From NCBI GenBank assembly GCA_049509875.1, contig JBEKZM010000017.1, positions 2,529 to 66,528 of the forward strand: 64,000 nt of DNA, written 5' to 3'. This document shows, in pieces, positions 1 to 9,094 of this stretch. The stretch comes from Verrucomicrobiota bacterium. GTDB lineage: Bacteria; Verrucomicrobiota; Verrucomicrobiia; Limisphaerales; UBA11358. The position numbers were made by a program, and so were the translations under genes. The notes beneath the pieces are model-generated. The model made no database searches. It was not told the origin of the DNA and saw nothing but the letters and a program-made list of their open reading frames with translations. Numbering within the stretch: the stretch's first letter is position 1; every line of letters begins with the position of its first letter.

Positions 1-745
1 GATCTGGGCTCGAAACCCCGGGCGGTCCCCCTGCCCTCACCACTGACGGGCCGGAAGCGGTGGCCTGCGCGTTGTCCAAAGCGCTCGGCCCTCTCCGATT
101 TCCGTATTTCGGGGCTGTTTCCATTCAAGGTCAGTTTCGCCGGTTGCCTTTAGTCCTCGTCGTCTTTCGTGGCTACGCATCAATCGGCCTGTTGCCAGAC
201 CAACTGCGAGCCTCGATACCGAGCGCGGGGTTAGCGCTTACTCGGGGGGATTCCCACCCCTTGAACTCACACCCTTTCCAGGCCGCCACTGGACACCACG
301 GGATCCGGGTTGGTTAATGGGCTCACCCGCCCACAACCTCCTCCTCGAAATCCAGCTTCAATGTCGCGTCATTCGTCCCATCCTTCTCGCGTCTCCGCAG
401 ACCGGCTCCGCACACTCGCACCGAAATTCATCGCCTCCAGCAGCTCCGTTTCCGCCGTTGGCCGGCCAGATAATCATCCAGCAAAACATTGGATGTGCAG
501 TCGTTTGAGTGATGCTCACATCGGCTTGCTGTCCCGAAGCCAAGCTCAAACGCACGGCTCGCCCCAGTCCATCGACCCAAACGTTGAGCTTCGTATTCAG
601 GTCACATTTGGGGGCGCTGGATAAAGAACTTCCATTTTTGGCCACTATAGGCTCGCCAATTGCACTGGAGTGCGATTGAATTCCGTCGCATAGCAAAAGG
701 ACGCTGCCACATTTCCCAAAGCCATATTTGAACCATCCGAGACTT

Positions 746-3043
746 ATGCGCATAATTTCTTCCTCCCTGCTCGCTCTCTTCGCGTCGTCGCCAATGCTTA
801 CGACGATGCGTGGTGAGGAAGCCGCCGCACCGTTGCTCGGCTTCACCGAAACATCTTCAGCCAACCAGGTTGCGCTCGAAAAAAAGTTCGACGCTCTGCT
901 CAAGGCTGATGATCAGAAAGCGTGGCTGGAACAGATGGCCGCCGCGCCGAATCACGTCGGCTCGCCGCATGACCACGCGAACGCGGAGTTCATGCTGGGA
1001 CAGTTCAAGGAATGGGGCTGGGACGCGCGTATCGAGACGTTCGACGTGCTCTATCCAACGCCGAAAAAAGTCAGCGTGGAACTCATCGCGCCGACACATT
1101 TCAACGCCAAACTGCAAGAGCCAGCGGTGAAGGGCGACCGGACGTCGGATCAAATTGTCGACGAGTTGCCACCCTATAACGTCTACGGAGCGGACGGTGA
1201 TGTCACGGCGGAACTCATCTACGTGAACCAAGGCATGCCGGATGATTACAAAGAACTCGCCGCGCACGGCATCGATGTGAAAGAACACGTTGTGATTGCG
1301 CGTTACGGCGGCGGCTGGCGCGGGCTCAAGCCGCGCTTCGCGCAGGAACATGGAGCGGTGGGCTGCATCATTTATTCCGATCCGCAGGACGATGGCTATG
1401 GTGCTGGTGACCCGTATCCGAAGGGCGGATTTCGACCGGCAGACGGCGTGCAGCGCGGCTCTGTGCTGGACATGACGATGTATCCGGGCGATCCCCTGAC
1501 GCCGGGCGTGGGCGCCACTGCGGATGCGAAGCGTCTGGAGATTAAGGACGCGAAGACGATTTTGAAAATTCCCGTGCTACCGATGTCGTATGCAGATGCG
1601 CAGCCTTTGCTCGCGGCGTTGGCAGGGCCGGTGGTGCCTGCGAACTGGCGCGGCGCGTTGCCGATTACATATCACTTCGGCCCCGGCCCAGCCAAGGTGC
1701 ATCTTACGGTCGAGTCGGATTGGAGCCGGAAAACACTTTACGACGTCATCGCGGTGATGAAAGGCAGTGAATTGCCAGACGAATGGGTGTTGCGCGGCAA
1801 TCATCACGACGGCTGGGTCTTTGGGGCAGAAGATCCGCTCTCGGCCAACGTGGCGCTGATGGCCGAGGCGAAAGCGCTCGGCTCGCTGGCGCACGACGGC
1901 TGGTGGCCGCGCCGCACGCTGGTTTATTGCAGTTGGGACGGCGAGGAACCGGGCTTGTTGGGTTCCACCGAATGGGCCGAAACCCATCAAGAGGAATTGC
2001 AAAAGAAAGCCGTGCTGTATCTGAACACCGACGGCAACGGGCGCGGCTTTTTTGACGCCGAGGGCAGCCAGTCGCTCCAAAAATTTGTGAGCGAGGTTGC
2101 GCATTACGTGCGTGACCCGGAGACGGGCGCGACGGTTTATCAACGTCTGCGCGCGAAACTAATGGTGGATGAAAGCAAGACCAACGGCGACGACGACGCC
2201 AAGCGCGCCGCCGAACGGGTAGCTGAGGGCGGAGCCATTCCGATGGGCGCGCTTGGTTCGGGCTCGGATTACACGGCATTTATTGATCACCTCGGCATCG
2301 CGTCGCTGAATATGGGCTTTGGCGGCGAGAGTGAGACGGCTGGGGTTTATCATTCGGCGTATGATTCCTTCGATCACTACTCGCGCTTTGGCGATCCGGG
2401 TTTTGTCTATGGCGTTGCGCTGGCGCAAGTTGCGGGCCGCATTGTGACGCGCGTGGCTGATGCGGACGTTTTGCCGCATGCCACGGTAGATTTTGCGGAA
2501 GCCGTGGAGCGTTACACCGACGAACTGCACAAGAAAACCGACACGATGCGCGACAGAACCGAGTGGCAACATCGCGTGCTCAACGAAAAACTGGATGCGC
2601 TTGCCGCGGATCCAACGAAGACGAATCGTCCGCCGGAGAGCGAAGCCTCGGTGCCCGTGCTGAACTTTGCGCCGCTGGACAACGCCGTGCTGCGCCTGAA
2701 GAAATCTTCCAAAGCTGCCGATGAAGCGTTTGCGGCAGCCATGAAAGCTGGATTGCCGCTGGATACACAGCAACGCGCGCAGTTGAACGGTCTGTTCCGA
2801 TCACTCGAGCAGACGCTGCTCTCCGCGGATGGCCTTCCCGAACGCAGCTGGTTCCGCCACATGATCTACGCGCCCGGCCGCAAGACCGGTTACGGAGCGA
2901 AAACGTTGCCGGGAATCCGCGAAGCCATCGAAGATCGCCGGTGGTCGGACGCCGAGAAATATGCAAGTGTGGTCGCAGGTGGGTTAAACAAGTACAGCGA
3001 CCAGTTGGATAAAATTATTGCGCTTTTGCCGTCGCATCCGTAA
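746..3043 (+). CDS. Secreted M28-family zinc peptidase with PA domain and transferrin-receptor-like dimerisation domain (glutamate carboxypeptidase II/NAALADase-like)
   Basis: The 771-aa ORF runs 728..3043 from a TTG. An in-frame ATG at 746 gives a signal-like N-terminus, MRIISSSLLALFASSP. M28 metal-ligand blocks are present: RGNHHDGWVFGAEDP, WDGEEPGLLGSTEW, GSGSDYTAFIDHLGIAS, VYHSAYDSF. The C-terminal domain is helical. Confidence 0.85.
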   Translation: MRIISSSLLALFASSPMLTTMRGEEAAAPLLGFTETSSANQVALEKKFDALLKADDQKAWLEQMAAAPNHVGSPHDHANAEFMLGQFKEWGWDARIETFDVLYPTPKKVSVELIAPTHFNAKLQEPAVKGDRTSDQIVDELPPYNVYGADGDVTAELIYVNQGMPDDYKELAAHGIDVKEHVVIARYGGGWRGLKPRFAQEHGAVGCIIYSDPQDDGYGAGDPYPKGGFRPADGVQRGSVLDMTMYPGDPLTPGVGATADAKRLEIKDAKTILKIPVLPMSYADAQPLLAALAGPVVPANWRGALPITYHFGPGPAKVHLTVESDWSRKTLYDVIAVMKGSELPDEWVLRGNHHDGWVFGAEDPLSANVALMAEAKALGSLAHDGWWPRRTLVYCSWDGEEPGLLGSTEWAETHQEELQKKAVLYLNTDGNGRGFFDAEGSQSLQKFVSEVAHYVRDPETGATVYQRLRAKLMVDESKTNGDDDAKRAAERVAEGGAIPMGALGSGSDYTAFIDHLGIASLNMGFGGESETAGVYHSAYDSFDHYSRFGDPGFVYGVALAQVAGRIVTRVADADVLPHATVDFAEAVERYTDELHKKTDTMRDRTEWQHRVLNEKLDALAADPTKTNRPPESEASVPVLNFAPLDNAVLRLKKSSKAADEAFAAAMKAGLPLDTQQRAQLNGLFRSLEQTLLSADGLPERSWFRHMIYAPGRKTGYGAKTLPGIREAIEDRRWSDAEKYASVVAGGLNKYSDQLDKIIALLPSHP

Positions 3044-3286
3044 CGCGAACGGATTTCTTCCTGCAATTATTCGATGACGCTCTGCTGATTGCGACTCATC
3101 CAGCCAGTGACCCCTGTTCCAGCATCGCGGTGATCGTTTCGAGCGCATTCCCCTCCAGTCGATTATGCCGCGTCAGGGATTATGCCGCGTGGATCGGGTG
3201 GAGGCGCAATTTTCGCTCTATTCCTCCGTTAACCGGGTATCAACGCGCGGCATAATCAAAGACTCTCCAGAAAGGCCCGTACGTTA

Positions 3287-3763
3287 TCACTTGGATGATA
3301 CCGCTTGGGTATCCGCAATGTACGCTCCGAGAATGGCACTGCGCATCGCTGGACCGCTGCCCGCGGAATTTACGGCACTTTTGCCCGGTGGAAAACCAAT
3401 CCACAGTTTAAGACACGCTTTGGCGGTCGCCAGTCCCACGCCACCTGGCAGGCCAATGAACCAAAAACGAAATTTCCAAGCCAGGGTGCGTTGAAATGCC
3501 GTGGCATCCTTAGGTTGGGCGAGCAGGGCCTGGGCAACCATCAAGGTGTGCTCGGTATCATCGCTAACCATGCCGCGGCCGAATAAGAGACGCATTCGCC
3601 ACTGACCCCGCCATCGGCGGCGAATTTTGTCGGCGGAGAGATTTTCGGCGGGTAAACCGAGCGCATCACCAACGGCTGTCCCGAGCAACAGCCCAGTGAA
3701 GTGGTCCATTCGATTGAGAGTTGGGCCAGTCGCACTCACGTTATGCGGAATTTTGCGGCCCAT
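3287..3763 (-). pseudogene. ADP-ribosylglycohydrolase (ARH) family gene, 3'-truncated (158 codons of an expected ~300)
   Basis: The N-terminal ARH signature is present (LLGTAVGDALGLPAE, MVSDDTEHT). The frame stops at 3287 after ILGAYIADTQ. No GGDTDT block follows in any frame. GATTATGCCGCG repeats lie directly downstream. Confidence 0.6.
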
Positions 3764-4725
3764 GTTGTTCGCACAAATCTGCGAACTCTTGAAACAGGCG
3801 ATCTACATCAGCCTTACGAGCAAGTTGGCTGATCCAATCGGGTGGAATGGATTTTATGCCCTATGCAACCCCGGCCAAACCGCCGGCCACACAACCCGTG
3901 GTGTCGGTGTCGCCGCCAAGATTGACTGCTGAGTCCGCAGTCGCGAAAATTCTGCGTCGTCAACAGGCACCACGGGCTCGCCGTCAAAGTGTTAAGCACA
4001 TACCCGCCGGAATCAATTTCGGATTCGGGCCGCCGGGCCAAATCACGGGCCAGGAGGAGTTGAAAATAGTCCCGCCCGGCGGACCACCATGGATCGGGTT
4101 CATAGAATTCGCGGAAGGCTGACAAGCCAATGCTATATGCGTTTTCTGCATTATCGCCTTTTAACAATTCACGGACGATCAACGTAAACAAGCCGCAAGC
4201 CATTTGGGATCGAGGATGCCGATGCGTCAGAGCGGACGCTCGGTGAACTCGATCCATGGCCTGCTTGATGGGGCAATCTGCGAAGCGCAACGAAACTGGC
4301 AGGATGCGCATTAACGAGCCGTTGCCGTTGCTGAATTGATCATCGCCACCGGCCACTTCCGCCCGCATCCCGTTGGCAATGCGGGTAAGCGCACGTGCCG
4401 TGGCCACTCCCACATCAAACGTTTTCCCGTGTGGTGTCCAGATTTCTTCCTGATACCAGCGGACGAATCGTTTTCCCATGTCCCCGGTGTCAAATTCGTG
4501 GCGGAGTAGACTTTCGGTGGAACACAACAGCAATGACGAATCGTCCGACCAGGTGCCTGCTGGTTGCTTGTGTGTACCGAGTCCACGCATTTCAGTGACC
4601 GGATCGGATTGGACCTCTGCACGATCCATGAATTCCACGGGCACGCCGAGGGCATCGCCCACGAGCGATCCCCACAGGCCGCCGAGGATACGATCTTTCC
4701 GTGAAATGTTTGTCTCCGGCTTCAT
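3741..4725 (-). pseudogene. ADP-ribosylglycohydrolase (ARH) family gene with one frameshift and one in-frame TAG
   Basis: The ORF 3814..4725 starts LGGLWGSLVGDALGVPVEF and runs to GGYVLNTLTASPWCLLTTQNFRDC. The conserved continuation AVNLGGDTDTTGCVAGGLAGVA*GIKSIPPDWISQLARKADVDRLFQEF is in another frame, with the shift near 3925-3945. That continuation is interrupted by TAG at 3861-3863 and ends at TAA 3741-3743. Confidence 0.65.
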
Positions 4726-5135
4726 TTTCCCTGCGTTACGAAGAACAGGCCGGCGTAAACCTTCGGGTCAATCAAGACCCCGGTCTTGGCCTTTGATTCC
4801 AGCCACGGCACAATTTCGGACAGCGGAACTTCGTGGACCGTGATGTCTTCATGCGCCACAGCGCCACCCTTTCCGGTGCGGCGTAATCCCGAGGCATGAA
4901 ATAATGTCACCCGCTCAGAGGTGTTGCCGCTACAAGCCGGCCCTGTGGTCAGCGCCTCCATCCTTTCTGTGGCATAGCCGGTCTCCTCCGGCAATTCGCG
5001 CCGGGCGGCGTGGGCCTGAGATTCATTTGAGTCGCCGGCTCGTCCCCGATGATGCCCGCAGGCAGTTCGATGGTGCGCGCGTGGACGGGAATGCGATATT
5101 GCTCCACGAGCAGAACTTTCTGTTCCGCAGTCAGC
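4722..5135 (-). pseudogene. Nudix hydrolase (ADP-ribose pyrophosphatase-like), 5'-truncated and frameshifted
   Basis: IIALTAEQKVLLVEQYRIPVHARTIELPAGIIGDEP lies in the frame of ORF 4949..5221. The Nudix box remainder and C-terminus (ESQAHAARRELPEETGY...VTLFHASGL...VHEVPLSEIVPWL) lie in the frame of ORF 4722..5303. The frames switch near 5040-5050. The stop overlaps the ARH start as ATGA. Confidence 0.6.
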
Positions 5136-5303
5136 GCGATAATTGGCGGCAACCGAAGTCGCCGAACGGAGCAACTGTCGTCCCAGCACGCGGCCTTCGT
5201 CCGTTTTTGGCAACTTGCCAAAGAATTTCACAATCTGGACGGCGAAGGCTTTTGTCCCGGCTTTCATTTTTACCGCAAATTCTATTTTGTTATTTGGGTT
5301 CAT
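5131..5303 (-). pseudogene. Fragment (first ~57 codons) of a four-helix-bundle protein gene (23S rRNA intervening-sequence protein family), fused in frame to the Nudix remnant
   Basis: MNPNNKIEFAVKMKAGTKAFAVQIVKFFGKLPKTDEGRVLGRQLLRSATSVAANYR matches the N-terminal half of that family. The usual second half of the bundle is absent, and the sequence runs straight into Nudix coding sequence. Confidence 0.5.
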
Positions 5304-5374
5304 TTTTGACTTTCTCTTAGTGGTTTGACGTTCTGCCTAAATGCGGTTCATTCTCCAATTCTCTAATTTGAAAT

Positions 5375-6063
5375 TCACAACTGGAAGTCGATTCCGCGTT
5401 TCTTGAGCTTCTCGTATTTGTCCGCGTCGAAGCCGAACAACTGTGCCGGGCGATGCCGTCCCTCCATCAGCGTTTCCTTCAGTGGCACCAGCAGACCGAA
5501 ACTGAGGACCTTCTTGCGGAAATTCCGCTTGTCCAACTCAATTCCGAGCACGGCCTCGTACAGATGCTGTAGCTGCGAGAGCGTGAACTTGGGCGGTACA
5601 ACTCAAACCCAATGGGCTGATAGCGCACCTTGCCCTTCAATCGTTCCAACCCGGCCACTAGGATTTGCGCATGGTCAAACGCCAGCTTTGGCACTTGGGA
5701 GATCGGAAACCACTCAGCGTTGGCAGCATCGGTGGCGGCTTTGGCGCGATGGTCGGAAAGTTTGACCAACGCAAAGTGCGCCACACTCACGACGCGTTCG
5801 CGTGGATCGCGGTCCACCGTTCCGAATGTGTAGAGCTGCTCCAGAAACACGTTCTTCAAGCCCGCCTCCTCGGCCAGCCCACGCCGCGCGGCATCGTCAA
5901 GCGTCTCGTCCACCCGTACGAAGCCGCCAGGTAACGCCCATTTGCCCTTGAAAGGGTCGAGAGCCCGCTGGATCAGCAGCACTTTGAGTTCACTTTCGTC
6001 GAGTCCAAAGACCACGCAATCAACCGTGAGCGCGGCGCGAGGATATTGGTATGTGTGCGGCAT
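5375..6063 (-). pseudogene. NrtR-like Nudix-related transcriptional regulator (Nudix domain plus C-terminal winged helix), frameshifted
   Basis: The start [16 protein letters not shown]...[10 protein letters not shown]...LAEEAGL...EQLYTFG...[15 protein letters not shown]...KLAFDH...[10 protein letters not shown] is NrtR-like. The winged-helix tail [36 protein letters not shown]...YEKLKKRGIDFQL continues in a different frame, with the shift near 5595-5603. It ends at TGA 5375-5377. Confidence 0.65.
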
Positions 6064-6065
6064 AA

Positions 6066-6329
6066 TTAATTGGTTGTTCGTTTAAATTCAGCAATCACCT
6101 CAATCGATCCCACAATGTTCGCATTGAATGCCGGCGGTTCTTCGGCGGGAACCCAAAGCTCCTTGCAGGAGGAATCGCCGACAATCTGCACCGGACATTT
6201 CGCCGCGAATTCTTTCCGAACGCGAAAACGGGTCACATAACCTGAGCCATAGTCTCTCACGTTCCATTTGCGCGAAATGTCCGCCGCATATTCCTCGTTG
6301 AGCACGGGATAAAAAATGGGCTGCTCCGG
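6066..6329 (-). pseudogene. Conserved hypothetical protein (EQPIFYPVLNEEYA...GYVTRF...ELWVPAEE...IEVIAEF family), apparently 5'-truncated
   Basis: Protein-like sequence begins at PEQPIFYPVLNEEYAADISRKWNV. The 30 codons upstream of it in ORF 6066..6419 are arginine-rich and unlike protein, and they overlap real plus-strand coding sequence. The family assignment comes from memory of similar hypothetical proteins, not from a named domain. Confidence 0.4.
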
Positions 6330-6346
6330 TGCCGCTGCCCGGGTCA

Positions 6347-6748
6347 GGTTCGCGCGAGTATGGCGTTCTTCGGACCTTCCACAACGAACAGGAGCGCGAT
6401 GATTTCTATAAATCACCACTGTTCAAAGACTGGCAAGAGCGAGTGAAGCCGCTAACCGAGGGCGAACCGATGTATCGCAGGCTTCACGGTCTTGAAGCTT
6501 GGTTCCGTAATTCCGGCCAGGCCAATCCGCCGCAATGGAAGATGGCTTTGGTCACCTACATCGGAGTCGATGTGGTCACGACCTTGCTGTTGGGGGTTCT
6601 TGGTCCGCTGATTCAGAATTGGCCATTCCTTATCCGCAATTCCGCGTTCAACATCGTCGTCGTCGCATGCTTGACGTGGCTGGCGATGCCGTTGCTGATG
6701 CGCGTTTTCAGCAGATGGCTGCAACCCCAACCGGAAACATTCCGATGA
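6347..6748 (+). pseudogene. ABM-domain (antibiotic biosynthesis monooxygenase-like) protein with C-terminal two-TM anchor, apparently 5'-truncated
   Basis: GSREYGVLRTFHNEQERDDFYKSPLFKDWQERVKPLTEGEP...LEAWF...PPQWKMALVTYIGVDVV... corresponds to the second half of the ABM fold plus the TM tail. The expected first ~45-50 residues are missing. Confidence 0.45.
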
Positions 6749-6808
6749 ACAAAAAACGACCGGGGGCTCCGACGATAAACTTAACAAACATCAACACACC
6801 CATATTTT

Positions 6809-8686
6809 ATGAATAAATCACTGTATCCCGAACTAATTCTTCACAATGGGCGAATCACGACTCTCGACCCCAAACACCCTGGCGCAACCAATTTGGCCGT
6901 CAAGGATGGCCGATTCATAGGCATTGACGACGCAGAGGAATACGAGCGTGGGCCGGATACCAAAGTCATCGATCTTAAAGGTCACCGTGTCATTCCTGGT
7001 TTGAACGACTCGCACCTTCACGTCATTCGCGGCGGGTTGAATTACAACCTGGAACTGCGTTGGGATGGCGTCCCTTCACTGGCTGATGCCCTGCGGATGC
7101 TGCGAGAACAGGCGCTGCGCACACCGCCCGGCCAATGGGTGCGAATCGTTGGCGGCTGGACTGAATTTCAATTCGCTGAGCGCCGGATGCCGACGCTGGG
7201 AGAAATCAATGCCGCTGCGCCTGAAACCCCTGTGTTTATCCTCCACCTGTATTGTCGTGCCCTGCTGAACAAGGCAGCATCGCGCGCCTGTGGCTACACG
7301 AAGGACACACCGAATCCACCAGGTGGCGAGATCCAACGTGACCCAGGAGGCAATCCAACCGGGCTGCTCATTGCGCGTCCGAATGCGACAATTCTTTACG
7401 CCACTCTCGCCAAAGGACCGAAGCTGCCCCCGGAACACCAGATGAACTCAACGCGGCGCTTCATGCGCGAGCTCAACCGACTGGGCTTAACGAGCATCAT
7501 TGACGCCGGAGGTGGTTTTCAGAATTACCCGGAAGATTACGCCATCATTGATGAGCTCCATAGCAAGGGCGAGATGACCATGCGCATCGCCTACAATTTG
7601 TTCACCCAAAAGCCCAAGCAGGAAAAAGAGGATTTCGCGCGCTGGATCAAGATGACGGGGCCGGGCAAAGGCGATGATTTCTTCCGCTGCAACGGCGCCG
7701 GCGAAATGCTTGTCTTCTCCGCGGCGGACTTTGAAGATTTCCTCGAACCGCGTCCCGATCTCAACGCGTCTCTGGAAGGTGAGCTTAAGGCCGTCGTCTC
7801 GTTGCTTGCCGCAAATAAATGGCCGTTCCGGCTGCATGCCACGTACGATGAAAGCATCACGCGATTCCTCAATGTGTTCGAGGAGGTAAATCAGGATACG
7901 CCGTTCAAGGGCCTGAACTGGTTTTTCGATCATTGCGAGACAGTTACCGACCGGAATCTTAACCGTATTAAGGCCCTGGACGGTGGCATCGCCATTCAAC
8001 ACCGCATGGCCTATCAGGGCGAATATTTCATGGATCGCTACGGCAAAAAGGCTGCCGAGCGGACGCCGCCCGTGCGGAAAATGTTGGAGCTGGGCATTCC
8101 CGTAGGCGCGGGCACGGATGCCACGCGGGTGGCGAGCTACAGTCCCTGGGTATCTCTGTATTGGCTGGTCACGGGAAAGACGGTCGGTGGCATTTCGATG
8201 TATCCTGATAAAGACTGTCTCAGCCGCGAAGAGGCATTGCGCCTCTACACCCAGGGCAGCAGTTGGTTTTCGAGCGAAAGCGGCAAGAAGGGCGCGATTA
8301 CCGTCGGCCAATTGGCGGATTTGGTGGCCCTCACCGATGATTACCTTTCCGTTCCGGAGGAACAGATCAAGGGCATCGAATCCGTTCTCACGATCGTCGG
8401 GGGCAAGATCGTCCACGCGACGGAAGAATTCGCGCCCCATGCACCGCCACCGATTCCGGTGTTGCCCGAATGGACGCCGATCAGGGTGTTCGGCGGCTAC
8501 GGCGCACCCTTGGATATTCGTAAGGCCGCACGAGCAGGGGTGTCCGTGGCACAGACTCAGGAGCACCGTGCTGAGTGCAATCACGGTTGCGCCCATTCCG
8601 CGCATCAACTCCTGACGGGGATCGAAGCCGCACGAAATCGTTACGCCGATTTCTTTGGGCTGGGCTGCGACTGCTTCGCATTTTGA
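6809..8686 (+). CDS. Metal-dependent amidohydrolase (amidohydrolase-3/YtcJ-like)
   Basis: The ORF is 625 aa. It has the HxH motif IPGLNDSHLHVIRGG, a late GAGTDATRVASYSPW block, and a Cys/His-rich C-terminal tail. Confidence 0.8.
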   Translation: MNKSLYPELILHNGRITTLDPKHPGATNLAVKDGRFIGIDDAEEYERGPDTKVIDLKGHRVIPGLNDSHLHVIRGGLNYNLELRWDGVPSLADALRMLREQALRTPPGQWVRIVGGWTEFQFAERRMPTLGEINAAAPETPVFILHLYCRALLNKAASRACGYTKDTPNPPGGEIQRDPGGNPTGLLIARPNATILYATLAKGPKLPPEHQMNSTRRFMRELNRLGLTSIIDAGGGFQNYPEDYAIIDELHSKGEMTMRIAYNLFTQKPKQEKEDFARWIKMTGPGKGDDFFRCNGAGEMLVFSAADFEDFLEPRPDLNASLEGELKAVVSLLAANKWPFRLHATYDESITRFLNVFEEVNQDTPFKGLNWFFDHCETVTDRNLNRIKALDGGIAIQHRMAYQGEYFMDRYGKKAAERTPPVRKMLELGIPVGAGTDATRVASYSPWVSLYWLVTGKTVGGISMYPDKDCLSREEALRLYTQGSSWFSSESGKKGAITVGQLADLVALTDDYLSVPEEQIKGIESVLTIVGGKIVHATEEFAPHAPPPIPVLPEWTPIRVFGGYGAPLDIRKAARAGVSVAQTQEHRAECNHGCAHSAHQLLTGIEAARNRYADFFGLGCDCFAF

Positions 8687-8763
8687 GGCATTTATGAACC
8701 TGGCGTTGTATCTGTCGGATCGGGCACTGCCCGAGCATGCCAGCGAGTATGGCGTGCAAGTGC

Positions 8764-8870
8764 GGCGAATTTGAGTTGCGGCATCTACGGCAGTGGGGCG
8801 CTTGCTGGACCGGCTGCCGTCTGTGGGAGCAATTACAGTTGGATGAGTTTTGGCGCGAACGGTTGCAGTT
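8764..8870 (+). mobile_element. Short relic of an IS1634/IS4-like transposase gene (N-terminal segment only)
   Basis: The translation GEFELRHLRQWGACWTGCRLWEQLQLDEFWRERL resembles the R-x-FG-x-x-YLGL-x-LW-x-x-L-x-LD-x-F block of IS1634-family transposases, as recalled from memory. It sits in an otherwise non-coding 400-nt gap. No DDE domain or inverted repeats were seen. Confidence 0.3.
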
Positions 8871-9094
8871 CAGTTTTTGCGCAAATAGAAAAACGAGAGA
8901 GCGTACGAGAGCCAAAAATATTGCCACAGGCATGTGGGGCGGAACATTAAACCGAATCTCAAACACCTTGACGCTCGCATGCGGCAATCAGGCCACGGGC
9001 AAGGTGAAAGAATGGGCCAATTGGATTTATCCGCCCCGAACTGACGCGATAACAACGCGACCGTGTATTGCCTGTTTGTGACCTTGGACGGCAC

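Noticed and set aside
1-33. The minus-strand sequence GGGGGACCGCCCGGGGTTTCGAGCCCAGATC looks superficially like the 5' end of a tmRNA (GGGG...GGNUUCGAC) or a tRNA T-arm.
   Set aside because: The T-loop would read TTTCGAG, lacking the invariant C56 position. The stem has an internal mismatch, and the residue after UUCGA is G rather than C. Most of the putative RNA would also lie outside the window, so it cannot be supported.
240-300. Cobalamin-riboswitch-like fragments: GGTGGGAATCCCC on the minus strand and GCCACTGG on the plus strand.
   Set aside because: The two motifs are on opposite strands and in the wrong order and spacing for the RF00174 core. This is probably a coincidence in GC-rich DNA.
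5040-5603. The indels in the Nudix and NrtR-like genes were considered as programmed ribosomal frameshifting.
   Set aside because: There are no slippery heptamers or downstream stimulatory structures at the shift sites. The neighbouring genes carry unrelated lesions (a stop codon, deletions), which makes decay or sequencing error far more likely.
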